Source of the DNA: Alphaproteobacteria bacterium
GTDB taxonomy: Bacteria; Pseudomonadota; Alphaproteobacteria; GCA-2746255
Direction of reading: 5' to 3'
DNA: 64,000 nucleotides
Assembly (NCBI GenBank): GCA_965249135.1
Contig: OZ252220.1
Span: 256,001-320,000 of the forward strand
In this document: positions 22,262-35,879 of the stretch, in pieces
Layout: each line of letters opens with the position of its first letter
Numbering within the stretch: position 1 is the stretch's first letter
Notes under the pieces: model-generated
Seen by the model: only the letters and a program-made list of their open reading frames with translations
Database searches by the model: none
Told to the model about the DNA's origin: nothing
Made by a program: the position numbers and the translations under genes

Positions 22262-23173
22262 TTAGCGCGGACGATCCTCCACAAACCAATCCATCAGCGT
22301 TTCGATTTCCGGATAGGGAAAACTATGCGGTGCATCGGTAAGTTCCCGATAGGTGACGTCGTTCGTGTGTGCGCGAAGTTCTTCCACGGTTTTTTGTGCG
22401 GGCCCGATGGGAAAGATGGGGTCCGCCGTGCCGTGGACGATGTAGAGCGGAATCTTCGGCATCATGGCGACGTTGAAGGGCCTTGTCCCGGCAAGGAAGG
22501 CCGCTTTCCGCAACGGGGTACGTTTTCTGCAACAAAGCTCGAAGCCCGCGATGGCGCCGTCCGAAAGCCCCGCCAGCATCGTTTCCTCCTTCGAAAGCCG
22601 GTAGTTTTCCGCAAGCTTCTCCACCATCGATTCGATCCATTCGAAATCAACCCCCGACCAGGTCACCCCGCGCGAGGCGGGCGCGTAAACGACGAGTTTT
22701 CTTCGCGCGGCCGCGAACACCCATTTCCAGATGAAATTCTGGGCCTTCATGAAGGCGCCGTGCAGGACGACCAGCATGGCGTCCCGCGAGCTTCCGTCGC
22801 CCGGAGGCCGATAGAAGGCCTCATCGCCTTCCTCGAAGACCTCGCCTTCGTATTCGCGCGCGAAGACCACCTTCTTGAGCAGAACGTTCGCCGCATCCAC
22901 GGCAAGTTTCACACGCACGGCGTCCTCGAATTGGCGAATATCGGATTGCCCGAACGCCGTCATCGCTTTTTCGAGTTCGACGAACGCGCGGGTAAGTTCG
23001 ATATCCACCAGCTTGTCCGCATGCCCCTCCAACGACTTGCAGGTCGGCACCCACTTCTCGAGTGCCTCCTCTTGGAGGGTGGTCACCCTTTTCGCGTCGT
23101 GAAAGGCGAGGCGGAACAGAAAATTGTCGATATCTTGTGCGAGTTCGCCAAGACCTCCGGCTTTTTCCGTCAC
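22262..23173 (-). CDS. Alpha/beta hydrolase (phospholipase/carboxylesterase-like) with helical N-terminal extension
   Basis: VVLHGA, GLSDG nucleophile elbow, VHGTADPIFP, APHS. Confidence 0.8.
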   Translation of the reverse strand: MTEKAGGLGELAQDIDNFLFRLAFHDAKRVTTLQEEALEKWVPTCKSLEGHADKLVDIELTRAFVELEKAMTAFGQSDIRQFEDAVRVKLAVDAANVLLKKVVFAREYEGEVFEEGDEAFYRPPGDGSSRDAMLVVLHGAFMKAQNFIWKWVFAAARRKLVVYAPASRGVTWSGVDFEWIESMVEKLAENYRLSKEETMLAGLSDGAIAGFELCCRKRTPLRKAAFLAGTRPFNVAMMPKIPLYIVHGTADPIFPIGPAQKTVEELRAHTNDVTYRELTDAPHSFPYPEIETLMDWFVEDRPR

Positions 23174-23314
23174 CCGGGACCTCGAAGGTGCAGATGAAGA
23201 GGACGGTTAGCATAGATGCCCCATGGCCGAATGCAATTTTGTTTTCCAGGACTTGGACCTGGGACAAAAGCGCGGTCATGTCACCAGGGGCCTGGATATG
23301 GTAGAAGGTCAGCC

Positions 23315-23560
23315 ATGACACGAAATTCCGATACCGGCGAAGGGCCCGATACCGGCGAAGGGGAGGTCCTGATCGAGATTCAGCGCGTCGGAAACGCCGT
23401 CAAGGTGACGGCGATGGATCCGGTGACGTTGACGGAGATCACGATCGTCGGTTCGCCCCAGGACACGGAAGCGACGCTGACCCAAACGGCGGTACAAAAG
23501 CTTATCTATGTATTGAACAAAAAAGGCGTATTGAACAAAAAAGGCCATAAAGCCGATTGA
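23315..23560 (+). CDS. Small conserved protein (DUF6898-like) with 18-bp duplications at both ends
   Basis: EVLIEIQRVGNAVKVTAMDPVTLTEITIVG; duplications at 23328-23363 (DTGEG) and 23510-23545 (VLNKKG). Confidence 0.75.
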   Translation: MTRNSDTGEGPDTGEGEVLIEIQRVGNAVKVTAMDPVTLTEITIVGSPQDTEATLTQTAVQKLIYVLNKKGVLNKKGHKAD

Positions 23561-23587
23561 AATAGGCAAGGCGAAAGAACGAACTTC

Positions 23588-25138
23588 ATGAAGACCGGCA
23601 TATTCCGAAGAAGGTGGATTCTTTGGCTGTTGGCCATCCTGGTTGCGCTGGCGGTTCTTGCCCAGCAAGTGCCGGAAGACTTCGATTCAAAGATTAACGC
23701 GACGCTGTCTCCTCTCACGGACGCCGTCTCCAGTGTGATTTTCTATGCGGTTCCGTTCGGCGGATCCGAGGTCAAGCTGATCGTCGTCTGGCTGATCATC
23801 GTTGCGGTCTCTTTCACGCTCTACCTTCGCTTCATCAATATTTGGGGCTTTGCGCATGCGATCGCGGTCGTTCGTGGCAAGTATACGGACCCCACGCAGC
23901 CTGGCGAGGTCTCCCACTTCCGGGCGCTCACGGCGGCCCTGTCGGGAACCGTAGGCCTTGGCAACATTGCCGGCGTCGCGGTGGCGATTGCGCTCGGCGG
24001 GCCGGGGGCGACGATTTGGATGATTGTCGCCGGATTTTTCGGCATGGCCTCGAAGTTTGCGGAGTGCACCCTTGGCGTGAAGTACCGCATCGTGCACGAG
24101 GACGGGACCGTCTCCGGCGGACCGATGTTTTATCTTTCGCGTGGCCTTGCCGAGATCGGACTGGCCCGGCTGGGACGTGGGCTCGCCGTCCTCTTTGCGA
24201 TGATGTGCATTGGAGGGGCAATTGGGGCCGGCAACATGTTCCAGGCGAACCAGGCCTATCAGCAATTCGTCAATGCGACCGGGGGCGAGGCCAGCTTCTT
24301 CTATAACCAAGGCTGGCTGTTCGGCCTGATCCTCGCCGTTCTGGTCGGTCTCGTCATCTTGGGCGGCATCAAAAGCATCGCTGGCGTCACGGCGCGGATC
24401 GTCCCCTTCATGGGCGGCATCTACCTGCTTGCTGGCTTCGTCATCGTCGCCATGAATGCCGAACAAGTCCCGACTGCCCTTGCCGCCATCGTGCACGGCG
24501 CGTTTACGCCGGAGGCAGGGTTCGGCGGCCTGATCGGCGTTCTCATGACGGGCGTGCAGCGGGCGACCTTTTCGAATGAGGCCGGCATCGGTTCGGCGCC
24601 CATCGCGTATGCTTCCGTGCAGACGGCGGAGCCAATCTCCGTAGGCTTTGTTGCGCTACTTGAGCCCTTCATCGATACGATCATCATCTGCACGATGACG
24701 GCGCTCGTGATTGTGCTCTCGGGCGTCCATCTCGAAAAAGAGATCTACTTGGACGGCAACGCGCTCGGTGGTGTGTTGATGACGTCGGCCGCCTTTGCCA
24801 GGACGATCGACTGGTTCCCCTACGTTCTGGCGCTGGCCGTCACGCTCTTTGCCTTTTCGACGATCATTACCTGGTCGTATTACGGTCTGAAATGCTGGAC
24901 CTACCTTTTCGGCAAGACGCGAACAGCGGATCACGTTTTCAAGATCATGTTCCTTTCTTTCACGGTCGTAGGTTCGGCCATGGGGCTTGGGTCAATCATC
25001 GCTTTCTCGGATGCAATGATCTTCGCAATGACCTTTCCGAACGCGATCGGCCTTTACTTGCTGGCCGGAAAACTGCGCGCAGATTTACGTTCCTATTGGA
25101 CACGGCTGAAGGCGGGTGAAATCGTCCCCCAAACGTAA
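23588..25138 (+). CDS. Alanine/glycine:cation symporter (AGCS family)
   Basis: [43 protein letters not shown]. Confidence 0.93.
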   Translation: MKTGIFRRRWILWLLAILVALAVLAQQVPEDFDSKINATLSPLTDAVSSVIFYAVPFGGSEVKLIVVWLIIVAVSFTLYLRFINIWGFAHAIAVVRGKYTDPTQPGEVSHFRALTAALSGTVGLGNIAGVAVAIALGGPGATIWMIVAGFFGMASKFAECTLGVKYRIVHEDGTVSGGPMFYLSRGLAEIGLARLGRGLAVLFAMMCIGGAIGAGNMFQANQAYQQFVNATGGEASFFYNQGWLFGLILAVLVGLVILGGIKSIAGVTARIVPFMGGIYLLAGFVIVAMNAEQVPTALAAIVHGAFTPEAGFGGLIGVLMTGVQRATFSNEAGIGSAPIAYASVQTAEPISVGFVALLEPFIDTIIICTMTALVIVLSGVHLEKEIYLDGNALGGVLMTSAAFARTIDWFPYVLALAVTLFAFSTIITWSYYGLKCWTYLFGKTRTADHVFKIMFLSFTVVGSAMGLGSIIAFSDAMIFAMTFPNAIGLYLLAGKLRADLRSYWTRLKAGEIVPQT

Positions 25139-25149
25139 AAATTGGCAAT

Positions 25150-25199
25150 AAAAAACCCCCGCACCGAAAATTTGCGCGGGCCCAAAAATTTGTGCGGGC
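25150..25199 (-). terminator. Probable intrinsic terminator of mucR, containing an imperfect 18-bp duplication
   Basis: Minus strand CCCGCAC...GTGCGGGGG followed by TTTTTT; units at 25164-25181 and 25182-25199. Confidence 0.55.
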
Positions 25200-25221
25200 A
25201 ATGTGCGGAGGACGAATCTCG

Positions 25222-25668
25222 CTATTTGTGCGCCTTGCGACCGCGTTTTACGTTTCCCCGCTTGCCCAACCCGATTTTCTTGGCGAAATCCGAACGTTGG
25301 GCGGCGTAGTTCGGTGCCACCATCGGATAATCCACAGGCAAGCCCCACTTCGCGCGGTATTTCTCCGGCGTCAGGCCATAGGTCGTGCGCAAATGCCGCT
25401 TTAACATCTTCAGCTTCTTGCCGTCTTCCAGGCAGATGATGTAGTCGGGCGTGATCGATTTGCGGATCGAGACCATGGGCCGTGGCGGCGCCGCATCCTG
25501 GGCGGCTCCGGCCGCGTTCAGCGAATCAAGCGAACCGTAAACCGACTGGATGACCTCGGGGATTTGCCCGGCATCGAGATTGTTGCAGCCGACATAGGCC
25601 GAGACGATCTCGGTGGCCATCCGGAGCAGTTCCGTCCGGGAAGTTTTCTCGGAAACGCCGTCACTCAT
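25222..25668 (-). CDS. mucR: Ros/MucR nucleoid-associated regulator
   Basis: EIVSAYV, SITPDYIICLEDGKKLKMLKRHL, YRAKWGLP.DYPMVAPNYA. Confidence 0.95.
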   Translation of the reverse strand: MSDGVSEKTSRTELLRMATEIVSAYVGCNNLDAGQIPEVIQSVYGSLDSLNAAGAAQDAAPPRPMVSIRKSITPDYIICLEDGKKLKMLKRHLRTTYGLTPEKYRAKWGLPVDYPMVAPNYAAQRSDFAKKIGLGKRGNVKRGRKAHK

Positions 25669-25971
25669 GTATTTGTGCGATGTTTATTATAGGTTAAGGC
25701 AAGGTCTATCTTGCATATCAATATTTGCCTGTCAATAGAGTCAAAGTAAAACGAAGCCCTTTCCCTTAGAAAAATCAAGAAAATGACCGTACATTCTCTT
25801 GCATGAAGTCTTCACAGGCCGATTTCCACTCGAATTCATTGTTTGGCTTTCGTCCCCCGTAGTCCCACGATTCTTACGTCTCGCCCCGGCCGCCGGCGGG
25901 GGCAGGCTGGCATGGCCATGCGACATATGGTAGCTTTCGGCGTTTTCCACCCAACTGCTGCCCGTCCGGCA

Positions 25972-26412
25972 ATGCCTGAGAAGCCAATTGCGATCGCCTC
26001 GGATCACGCGGGATTCGACTTGAAGGCAATCCTGAAGGAGGAGTTGCTGAACATGGGATTCGAGGTCCTCGATCTAGGGACGGAGGGTACGGAATCCGTG
26101 GATTACCCGGATTTCGCCGATGCGCTTGCCAAGGCGTTCCGCCAGGGAGATGCGGAGCGCGGTGTGCTGGTCTGCGGAAGCGGTCTTGGCATCAGCATGG
26201 CGGCCAACCGCCACCCCGAGCTGCGGGCAGCCCCTTGCCACGACGCGAACTGGGCGCGTCTTGCCCGCCAGCACAACGACGCAAACGTCTTGGCGCTAGG
26301 CGCGCGGTTGATCGAGGTGGATGCCGCCAAGGCGTGTTTGAAAGCGTTTTTGGAAACGCCCTTCGAGGGTGGCCGGCACGTCGGCCGGGTTCAAAAACTT
26401 TCCGAACGATGA
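25972..26412 (+). CDS. rpiB: Ribose-5-phosphate isomerase B
   Basis: IASDHAG, SVDYPD, CGSG.G, HNDANVL, FEGGRH. Confidence 0.95.
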   Translation: MPEKPIAIASDHAGFDLKAILKEELLNMGFEVLDLGTEGTESVDYPDFADALAKAFRQGDAERGVLVCGSGLGISMAANRHPELRAAPCHDANWARLARQHNDANVLALGARLIEVDAAKACLKAFLETPFEGGRHVGRVQKLSER

Positions 26413-26446
26413 ATTGAAGCCCCGCGATGAATTGAAGGAATTGAAG
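26407..26446. repeat. Direct repeats (CGAT)GAATTGAAG x3 between rpiB and glyA
   Basis: Copies at 26407-26419, 26425-26437, 26438-26446. Confidence 0.8.
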
Positions 26447-26460
26447 AAAGGCCGATTTGA

Positions 26461-27768
26461 ATGTCCGTCATCAAAGCCTCATCGCCGCATTTCACGGGCA
26501 AGGAATTTTTCCTTGAGAGTTTGGCGCGGACGGATCCCGTCGTCTTCGAGACCATTCAAAGCGAGCTTCGCAGACAGCAGAACCAGATCGAGCTGATTGC
26601 CTCCGAGAACATTGTTTCTGCTGCCGTCCTTGAGGCGCAGGGCTCGGTGCTTACGAACAAATATGCCGAAGGCTATCCATCGAAGCGTTATTACGGTGGC
26701 TGCGAGTACGTCGACATCGTCGAAGCGCTTGCCATCGCGCGCGCGAAGCAACTCTTCGACTGCCCCTTCGTGAACGTGCAACCGCATTCCGGCGCACAGG
26801 CGAACGGCGCGGTAATGCTGGCCTTGCTGAAGCCTGGGGACACGATTCTCGGCATGTCGCTCGCGGCAGGTGGGCATCTCACCCACGGGGCGAAACCGGC
26901 GCTGTCTGGAAAATGGTTCAATGCCGTTCAATACGGCGTGCGCGAAGAAGATGCGCGCATCGACTACGACGAGGTGGAACGTCTGGCCCGTGAGCACAGG
27001 CCGAAACTCATTATTGCGGGTGGGTCCGCCTATCCTCGGATCATCGATTTCAAGCGGTTTCGCAAGATCTCGGATCTGGTCGGGGCCGCGCTCATGGTCG
27101 ATATGGCGCATTTTGCCGGCCTCGTCGCCGGCGGCGTGCATCCAAACCCGGTTCCCCATGCCGATGTCGTCACGACGACGACCCACAAGACCCTGCGCGG
27201 ACCGCGTGGCGGCATGATCCTGAGCAGGGATGAGGCGATCGGGAAAAAGATCAACTCGGCCGTCTTTCCGGGCCTGCAGGGCGGGCCGCTCATGCACGTG
27301 ATCGCCGCCAAGGCGGTTGCCTTCGGCGAGGATCTCCGGCCCGAGTTCAAGGATTATGCCCGGGCCGTCGTCGAAAACGCGGCCGCCCTTGCTTCGGCGC
27401 TCGCCGATCGGGGATTCGACACGGTTTCCGGTGGAACGGACACCCACCTTCTTCTCGTCGATTTGCGTTCGAAACGGGTGACCGGCAAGGAGGGCGAGAT
27501 CACGCTGGAGCGTGCCGGCATGACCTGTAACAAGAACGGCGTTCCTTTCGATCCCGCACCGCCCACGGTCACGTCCGGCATCCGGCTTGGTTCGCCGGCG
27601 GCCACCACGCGAGGCTTCGGCGTGCAGGAGTTCCGCCTCGTTGGCGAGTTGATCGCCGATGTTCTGGAAGGGCTGGCGGCGCATCCAGATGACAATTCGG
27701 TCGCCGAGGCGGCAGCGAAGCAGCGCGTCGACGAATTGTGCCGCCGTTTTCCGATCTATACGGAATGA
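26461..27768 (+). CDS. glyA: Serine hydroxymethyltransferase
   Basis: [35 protein letters not shown]. Confidence 0.98.
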   Translation: MSVIKASSPHFTGKEFFLESLARTDPVVFETIQSELRRQQNQIELIASENIVSAAVLEAQGSVLTNKYAEGYPSKRYYGGCEYVDIVEALAIARAKQLFDCPFVNVQPHSGAQANGAVMLALLKPGDTILGMSLAAGGHLTHGAKPALSGKWFNAVQYGVREEDARIDYDEVERLAREHRPKLIIAGGSAYPRIIDFKRFRKISDLVGAALMVDMAHFAGLVAGGVHPNPVPHADVVTTTTHKTLRGPRGGMILSRDEAIGKKINSAVFPGLQGGPLMHVIAAKAVAFGEDLRPEFKDYARAVVENAAALASALADRGFDTVSGGTDTHLLLVDLRSKRVTGKEGEITLERAGMTCNKNGVPFDPAPPTVTSGIRLGSPAATTRGFGVQEFRLVGELIADVLEGLAAHPDDNSVAEAAAKQRVDELCRRFPIYTE

Positions 27769-27814
27769 ACGATACGTTCCGGCATAAGTTTGCCGGAAAG
27801 GGGGAGAGGATGAG

Positions 27815-28273
27815 ATGCGTTGCCCGTTTTGCTTTAACGACGATACCCAGGTCAAGGACTCACGCCCGACCGAGGACAATTCCGCCATTCGCCGGCGCCG
27901 TCTGTGTGTCGGATGCGGCTCACGCTTTACGACGTTTGAACGGGTTCAGTTGCGGGAATTGACCGTTCTCAAGAAGAGCGGGCGGCGTGCCCCCTTCGAT
28001 CGGGAAAAACTCACGCGTTCGATTCAGATCGCGGTCCGCAAACGACCGGTGGAGCAGGAACAGGTCGAACGACTCATCAACGGAATCGTCCGGCGGCTGG
28101 AAAGTTCGGGCGAAAGCGAAACTTCCTCCGAAGTGATCGGCGAGATGGTGATGGACGCCCTGGCCAACCTCGACCAGGTTGCCTATGTCCGATTTGCCTC
28201 CGTGTATCGCAATTTCCACGAAGCCAAGGACTTCGAGGAATTCGTGGGGCGGCTGAGTGCCGACGACGAATAA
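27815..28273 (+). CDS. nrdR: Transcriptional repressor NrdR
   Basis: MRCPFC, IRRRRLC..C..RFTTFE, ATP cone, [10 protein letters not shown]. Confidence 0.97.
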   Translation: MRCPFCFNDDTQVKDSRPTEDNSAIRRRRLCVGCGSRFTTFERVQLRELTVLKKSGRRAPFDREKLTRSIQIAVRKRPVEQEQVERLINGIVRRLESSGESETSSEVIGEMVMDALANLDQVAYVRFASVYRNFHEAKDFEEFVGRLSADDE

Positions 28274-29372
28274 CGACCACGACCTTCGTCATATGCAAGC
28301 CGCGCTGGGCTTGGCTCGGCGCGCCTTGGGCGGCGTCGCACCGAACCCTGCGGTGGGCTGCATCCTCGTCAGCAAAGGCCGGATCGTAGGGCGGGGCTGG
28401 ACGCAAAGCGGCGGGCGTCCCCATGCAGAGACGGAAGCGCTGGCCCGGGCGGGCGAAGCGGCAAGCGGAGCCACGGCCTATGTTTCGCTCGAGCCCTGTG
28501 CCCATGACGGAAAGACGGCGCCGTGCACGAAGGCCCTGATTGCGGCGGGCATCGCCCGGGCCGTCGTCGCGGTCGAAGACCCGGACCCGCGCGTCGCCGG
28601 CAAAGGCATCGAACGGCTCGGCCAAGCCGGCATCGAGGTGGAGGTTGGTGTCGCGTCCCGAGCGGCGGCGGATCTCAATGCCGGCTTCTTCCTGCGCGTG
28701 TACGAGGGCCGTCCGCTTGTCACCCTGAAGACGGCGACGACCCTTGATGGCCGCATCGCCACCCGCGAGGGTGAAAGCGAGTGGATCACCGGCGAGCAAG
28801 CGCGCCACGTATCCCACTACTTTCGGGCAACCCACGATGCGATCTTGGTTGGTGCCGGAACGGTCAGCATCGACAATCCGATGTTGACCTGCCGGCTTCC
28901 CGGATTCGAGAATCGCGTGCCAGTGCGCATCGTCGTCGATTCCCGACTTCGCTTGCCGCTTACCAGCAAACTTGTAGCAACGGCGGGTCGAATTCCGACC
29001 TGGGTTGTCGCTCGGGAAGACGTGGACAGCGAACGCCTGCGTGCGTTCGAGGATTGTGGAGTCGAGGTGCTTGGGATACCGCCCGACAGGAACGGCTATC
29101 CGGACATTGTGGAAATGATGCAGGAATTCGGCAGGCGCGGCCTTACGCGCGTTCTTCTGGAAGGTGGCGGGCACCTTGCCGCTGCGCTATTTGCGCGTGA
29201 GCTGATCGATCGCATTGCCTGGTTCCGTGCCCCGTTCATCATGGGCGGCGATGGGGTGCCGGCGGCAGCCGCGTTCGGAGTTGACCGTCTCACCGATATG
29301 CCCACCTTTATACGACAGGAAACGCGGGCCGTCGGCCCGGACCAGCTCGAAATCTACGCCCGTCGGCAGTAG
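28257..29372 (+). CDS. ribD: Riboflavin biosynthesis deaminase/reductase
   Basis: PNPAVGC, HAE, LEPCAH...PC, DAILVG, EGGG. Confidence 0.96.
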   Translation: MPTTNNDHDLRHMQAALGLARRALGGVAPNPAVGCILVSKGRIVGRGWTQSGGRPHAETEALARAGEAASGATAYVSLEPCAHDGKTAPCTKALIAAGIARAVVAVEDPDPRVAGKGIERLGQAGIEVEVGVASRAAADLNAGFFLRVYEGRPLVTLKTATTLDGRIATREGESEWITGEQARHVSHYFRATHDAILVGAGTVSIDNPMLTCRLPGFENRVPVRIVVDSRLRLPLTSKLVATAGRIPTWVVAREDVDSERLRAFEDCGVEVLGIPPDRNGYPDIVEMMQEFGRRGLTRVLLEGGGHLAAALFARELIDRIAWFRAPFIMGGDGVPAAAAFGVDRLTDMPTFIRQETRAVGPDQLEIYARRQ

Positions 29373-29379
29373 GACTGGC

Positions 29380-29967
29380 ATGTTCACAGGCATTATCGCG
29401 GATAGGGGACGCATTCGCGCGATCGCATCGACGAAAGATGCGCGAATCGAGATCGAGACCGGGCTCGATTTGTCCGATCTCGCCATCGGGGCCTCGATCG
29501 CTTGCTCGGGCGTCTGCTTAAGCGTGGTTGAGAAGGGCAAGGGGTGGTTCGCGGTGAAAGCCTCGGCCGAGACGTTCACGCGCACAACCTTGGGCGACTG
29601 GCGTGAGGGCACGGCCGTCAATCTGGAGCGTGCGGCACGCCTCGGTGATGAAATGGGCGGCCATCTTGTTAGCGGTCATATCGATGGCACGGCGGAAATC
29701 CTGAGCCGCGAGCCGGAAGGGGAAAGTTTGCGTTTTCGCTTCAAAGGCCCGCCGGAACTGGAGCGCTTCTTGGCGCCGAAGGGCTCCGTCGCGCTCGATG
29801 GCGTTTCGCTTACGGTAAACGAAGTCGATGGCGTAAACTTCGGCGTCAATATCATTCCGCTTACTCGGCAGATGACGACCTTCGGAAGTGTAGAGGCGGG
29901 CGCGCGGGTGAACGTGGAAATCGATCAGCTCGCGCGCTACCTTGCCCGCCTTCTGGAGAAGGAATAA
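29380..29967 (+). CDS. ribE: Riboflavin synthase
   Basis: MFTGII start, GGHLVSGHIDG, KGSVALDGVSLTVN. Confidence 0.96.
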   Translation: MFTGIIADRGRIRAIASTKDARIEIETGLDLSDLAIGASIACSGVCLSVVEKGKGWFAVKASAETFTRTTLGDWREGTAVNLERAARLGDEMGGHLVSGHIDGTAEILSREPEGESLRFRFKGPPELERFLAPKGSVALDGVSLTVNEVDGVNFGVNIIPLTRQMTTFGSVEAGARVNVEIDQLARYLARLLEKE

Positions 29968-29970
29968 CCC

Positions 29971-31128
29971 GTGTCGCACTTATTTGTCCTTTCCTCGATC
30001 GAGGAAATCATCGAAGCGGCCCGGAAGGGCCACATGTTCGTTCTCGTCGACGACGAAGATCGTGAGAACGAAGGCGACCTCGTCATTCCCGCCGAGAAGA
30101 CGACACCGGACGCCATCAATTTCATGGCGAAACACGGACGCGGCTTAATCTGCTTGGCGCTCGCGGCGGAACGGATTCGGGAGCTGAATCTTCCCTTGAT
30201 GGGCAGCCGGAATCAGTCACGCCTTGAGACCGCCTTCACCGTCTCCATCGAGGCGCGCGAAGGCGTCACGACGGGCATTTCGGCGGCGGACCGGGCCCAG
30301 ACGATCGCCGTCGCCATCGATCCTTCGAAGGGCGCAAAGGACATCGTCTCACCGGGTCATGTGTTCCCGCTCATTGCTCGGGAAGGTGGCGTGCTGACGC
30401 GTGCCGGTCACACGGAAGCGGCCGTCGATATTGCAAAACTCGCTGGTCTCAATTCGTCCGGAGTCATCTGCGAAATCATGAACGACGACGGTACGATGGC
30501 GCGCCTGCCCGATCTCATGACCTTTGCCGAGGCCCATGACCTGAAGATTGGGTCGATTGCCGATCTCATCGCCTATCGCCGTCGCAACGAAGTCCTCATC
30601 GAGCGCGCGGCGGAGATGGAAATCCTCAGCCGACACGGCGGCAAGTTCCGGATGATCATCTATCAAAATCGGATTACCGGCGTCGAGCACGTTGCGCTGG
30701 TCAAGGGGGACCCAAGGAAGCCGGGCCCCGTGCCGGTTCGCATGCATGCGCTCAACGTTTTTACCGATATCCTTGGTGAAAACAGCGAAGGCCGCGGCGG
30801 TGAATTTCAGGCGGCCCTTCGGTTAATCGGTGCGCGCGAACGCGGTATCGCCGTCCTGATTCGTGAGGCGACGCCTTCGAACCTTTCGGAGCGTGTAAAG
30901 GCGCGTCAGCAGAAGGCAAAAGACAAGAAATCCCAACCAAAACCGGCGAAAACACCGGGGGAACTCCGTGACTACGGAATCGGCGCACAAATTTTGCTCG
31001 ATCTTGGTGTTCGGGATATGATTCTGCTTTCGAACACCCGGCATACGATTATTGGTCTCGACGGCTATGGCCTTCGTGTCGTTGATCAGGAGCCGATTCC
31101 GTCCGACGACGAGGCAAACCAAGAATGA
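29971..31128 (+). CDS. ribB: 3,4-dihydroxy-2-butanone-4-phosphate synthase with degenerate GTP cyclohydrolase II domain (RibBX type)
   Basis: [21 protein letters not shown]; C-terminal domain has VRMH and [10 protein letters not shown] but no Zn cysteines. Confidence 0.93.
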   Translation: MSHLFVLSSIEEIIEAARKGHMFVLVDDEDRENEGDLVIPAEKTTPDAINFMAKHGRGLICLALAAERIRELNLPLMGSRNQSRLETAFTVSIEAREGVTTGISAADRAQTIAVAIDPSKGAKDIVSPGHVFPLIAREGGVLTRAGHTEAAVDIAKLAGLNSSGVICEIMNDDGTMARLPDLMTFAEAHDLKIGSIADLIAYRRRNEVLIERAAEMEILSRHGGKFRMIIYQNRITGVEHVALVKGDPRKPGPVPVRMHALNVFTDILGENSEGRGGEFQAALRLIGARERGIAVLIREATPSNLSERVKARQQKAKDKKSQPKPAKTPGELRDYGIGAQILLDLGVRDMILLSNTRHTIIGLDGYGLRVVDQEPIPSDDEANQE

Positions 31129-31592
31129 ACGACGAGCCCCTTCACATCATGATTGCCGAAGCCCGTTTTTACGAGGACATCTCGGACGAGCTTGCCCGTG
31201 GCGCGATTGCGGTCTTGGAGGCGGCAGGCGTGACCTATGAGCGCGTCAGCGTTCCCGGTGCATTCGAGATCCCGGCGGCGATCAGCATGGCGCTTCGTTC
31301 GCGCGAATTCTATTCCGGCGAGAAGCGGTTCGACGGTTACATCGCGCTTGGCTGCGTGATTCGGGGGGAAACCTCGCATTACGAATACATTTGCCGGGAA
31401 AGCGCCCACGCCCTTCAGGGCTTGGCCAGAGAATATTCCTTGGCGCTTGGTTACGGGATTCTTACCGTGGAGAACCAGGATCAGGCGTGGGAGCGCGCCT
31501 CCACGGACAAGAAAAACAAGGGCGCGGATACCGCTCGGACCTGCCTCCGCATGATCGAGATCAAGCGGCACTTTCATCTTTACCCGCGATGA
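31125..31592 (+). CDS. ribH: 6,7-dimethyl-8-ribityllumazine synthase
   Basis: VPGAFEIP, LGCVIRGETSHY, KNKG. Confidence 0.96.
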   Translation: MNDEPLHIMIAEARFYEDISDELARGAIAVLEAAGVTYERVSVPGAFEIPAAISMALRSREFYSGEKRFDGYIALGCVIRGETSHYEYICRESAHALQGLAREYSLALGYGILTVENQDQAWERASTDKKNKGADTARTCLRMIEIKRHFHLYPR

Positions 31593-32113
31593 CATCGCCC
31601 ACCCGCGAAACCGATAAAGAAACCAAGACGCTTGGTGAAAGCCTCGAGCGCCACGTCATGCGGCGAAGTGCGGCCAGGCTCGCGGCCGTTCAGGCGCTCT
31701 ATCAGATCGAGCTTACGAACGCAGAGTCCGAGGTGGTGGTGGGGGAATTTCGCACCCATCGCCAGGGAGGCGTCCTCGAAGAAGCATCCGCGGAAGCGGA
31801 CCTCAAGAAATTCGAGTCGATCGTCGGTGGTGTTGATGCGCATTCGCGGGAACTCGATGAAAAGATCGCCGCCTCTCTCGCCAAGGATTGGACGATGGAA
31901 AGACTGGGCCCAGTTTTGAGGGCGATCTTGCGATCCGCAACCTTCGAACTCTTGGCCGGAACGGACGTTCCGGCAAAAGTCGTCATTAATGAGTATGTGG
32001 ATCTTACCCACGCGTTCTTCGAAGGAAACGAACCCGGTTTCGTAAATGGGGTTCTCGATCGACTAGCTCATGAGCTTCGTGAAGCGGAAATGCAGAAGGC
32101 AACAGGTGAATAA
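31589..32113 (+). CDS. nusB: Transcription antitermination factor NusB
   Basis: RSAARLAAVQALYQ, VVINEYV, FVNGVLD. Confidence 0.95.
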   Translation: MTSPTRETDKETKTLGESLERHVMRRSAARLAAVQALYQIELTNAESEVVVGEFRTHRQGGVLEEASAEADLKKFESIVGGVDAHSRELDEKIAASLAKDWTMERLGPVLRAILRSATFELLAGTDVPAKVVINEYVDLTHAFFEGNEPGFVNGVLDRLAHELREAEMQKATGE

Positions 32114-33095
32114 CCGGCATCTTCCGAGTGAATTTGAATTGATCGCCCGTTACCTCGCGCCCTTGGCGAAGGGGTTCAAAGGTGCGTTCGAACTCACCGA
32201 CGATACGGCGGTCATCCATCCAGAACCCGGCTTCGACATCGTGGCGACGGCGGACACTTTGGTGGCGGGCGTGCATTTCTTGAGCGCCGATCCACCTGCC
32301 TCCATTGGAAAAAAGCTTCTGCGCGTCAATCTTTCCGACTTGGCGGCGATGGGCGCAAAGCCACATCTCTATCTGTTAACCTTGGCATTGTCGGTGGATA
32401 CGCAAACAGCATGGATAGCGGATTTTGCGGCAGGTCTTGCCGAGGATCAGGAAACCTACGGCATCAAACTGGCCGGTGGCGACACGGTATCAACCCCTGG
32501 CCCGACAACGCTTACTCTTGCCGCCTTGGGTCAGGTGCCGGCGGGCAAGGCGCTTCTCCGATCCGGCGCAGAGATCGGCGATGCCATCTATGTAACCGGC
32601 ACGATCGGCGATGGAGCGCTGGGCCTTGCCGTGCTGAACGGCGGCTGCTCCGGCCTTTCCAAGGACGCGCGCGAACGTCTCGTCGCACGCTACCGCCTGC
32701 CGGAGCCACGCGTAAGTTTCGGCGAGGACCTTATCGGCCTAGCACACGCCGCGATCGATGTTTCCGATGGCCTCGTCGCGGACCTTGGCCACCTTGCCGA
32801 ACGGTCCGGCCGGAGCGCCTCGCTGGATGCGCACGCTCTACCGCTTTCCGAAGCGGCCGAGGCGGCGCTTGCCAAGGATCGGGATCTTCTTGGCACCATC
32901 CTTACAGGCGGGGATGACTACGAGCTCCTCTTTACAGGCGATGCGGCAAACGAAGCAGAGATCCTGTCGCGTGCGACACACCATGGCCTTCGGGTGACCC
33001 GAATCGGCAGCATCGGCGAGGGGGAGGGCGTGCGCGTCCTCGATGCGGAAGGTAAGCCGGTTCCCCTTGAACGGCAAGGTTACCGCCACTTCTAA
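32106..33095 (+). CDS. thiL: Thiamine-phosphate kinase
   Basis: EFELIARY, DDTA, VNLSDLAAMGA, GGDT, DVSDGL, GGDDYEL, GYRHF. Confidence 0.96.
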   Translation: MNNRHLPSEFELIARYLAPLAKGFKGAFELTDDTAVIHPEPGFDIVATADTLVAGVHFLSADPPASIGKKLLRVNLSDLAAMGAKPHLYLLTLALSVDTQTAWIADFAAGLAEDQETYGIKLAGGDTVSTPGPTTLTLAALGQVPAGKALLRSGAEIGDAIYVTGTIGDGALGLAVLNGGCSGLSKDARERLVARYRLPEPRVSFGEDLIGLAHAAIDVSDGLVADLGHLAERSGRSASLDAHALPLSEAAEAALAKDRDLLGTILTGGDDYELLFTGDAANEAEILSRATHHGLRVTRIGSIGEGEGVRVLDAEGKPVPLERQGYRHF

Positions 33096-33206
33096 AAATC
33101 CAGGCCACGGCCTCGCCTGCCGTCTCGAAAGATGTTTAACAAAAATTTACGAAATTGGCGTACCTCCTCTCCTTAAGCCTGTGCGAGAAGGAGCGCGCGC
33201 CACGAG

Positions 33207-33671
33207 ATGAGGGGCATCCGGAACATTGCGTCGGGTTTCGCTACGCTAGGGCTGGCGCTGGTTATCCTCTCGACCGCCGCTTTTTCGGCGCGTGCGGCAG
33301 ACACGGAAGCGGCAGCGGCAACGACGACCGAGGTCGAACCAGCCCCGCCAAAGACTCACTTCATCAGGGTCGGTCATTTTATCATACCGGTGATTCGCGG
33401 AAGCCAGGTGACACGGCATGTCTCGTTTGGGGTCTCGCTCGAAGTGACCGGGGATGAGAAAAAGGCAGAAGTCGAGGAAATGATGCCGCGTGTGAAGGAC
33501 GCCATCCTGCGCGAGCTACTTACCCACATGTCTCGCTGGCGCGAGCCGGATGCCGTCACAGAAATTCTGAAGCTGAAAAAGAAGCTCCGAAAGGCCAGCA
33601 ACGATCTTCTCGGCGACGGAACGATCGATGCAATCCTGATCGAGAATACCCTCGATCGAAAGATTCTATAA
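33207..33671 (+). CDS. FliL-like / flagellar basal body-associated protein (standalone)
   Basis: N-terminal hydrophobic segment, then F.IPV...V.F.VSLEV...MPRVKDAILREL, FliL-like pattern. Confidence 0.6.
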   Translation: MRGIRNIASGFATLGLALVILSTAAFSARAADTEAAAATTTEVEPAPPKTHFIRVGHFIIPVIRGSQVTRHVSFGVSLEVTGDEKKAEVEEMMPRVKDAILRELLTHMSRWREPDAVTEILKLKKKLRKASNDLLGDGTIDAILIENTLDRKIL

Positions 33672-33683
33672 CCACTTAGGCTT

Positions 33684-35718
<2,035 letters not shown>

Positions 35719-35879
35719 TTGTAAGCATGGTGGGGGTTTGATCTGTTAACGTCAAGAGGTGAGAGGTGGGTTGTGCCGGTTCTTCGATTCTGTCATTTTC
35801 CGCGCGATTTTTAGCTGCCCGAAGCGCTTCTTGCCTCGCCGAACGGCCTGCCAAAGGCGACGACCCAGGGGGAAAACGA

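Noticed and set aside
25370-25440. MucR zinc finger with Cys/Asp/His/Tyr ligands
   Set aside because: Ligand substitutions are well known in the Ros/MucR family
30600-31128. GTP cyclohydrolase II domain lacking zinc cysteines
   Set aside because: Known RibBX arrangement, common in Proteobacteria
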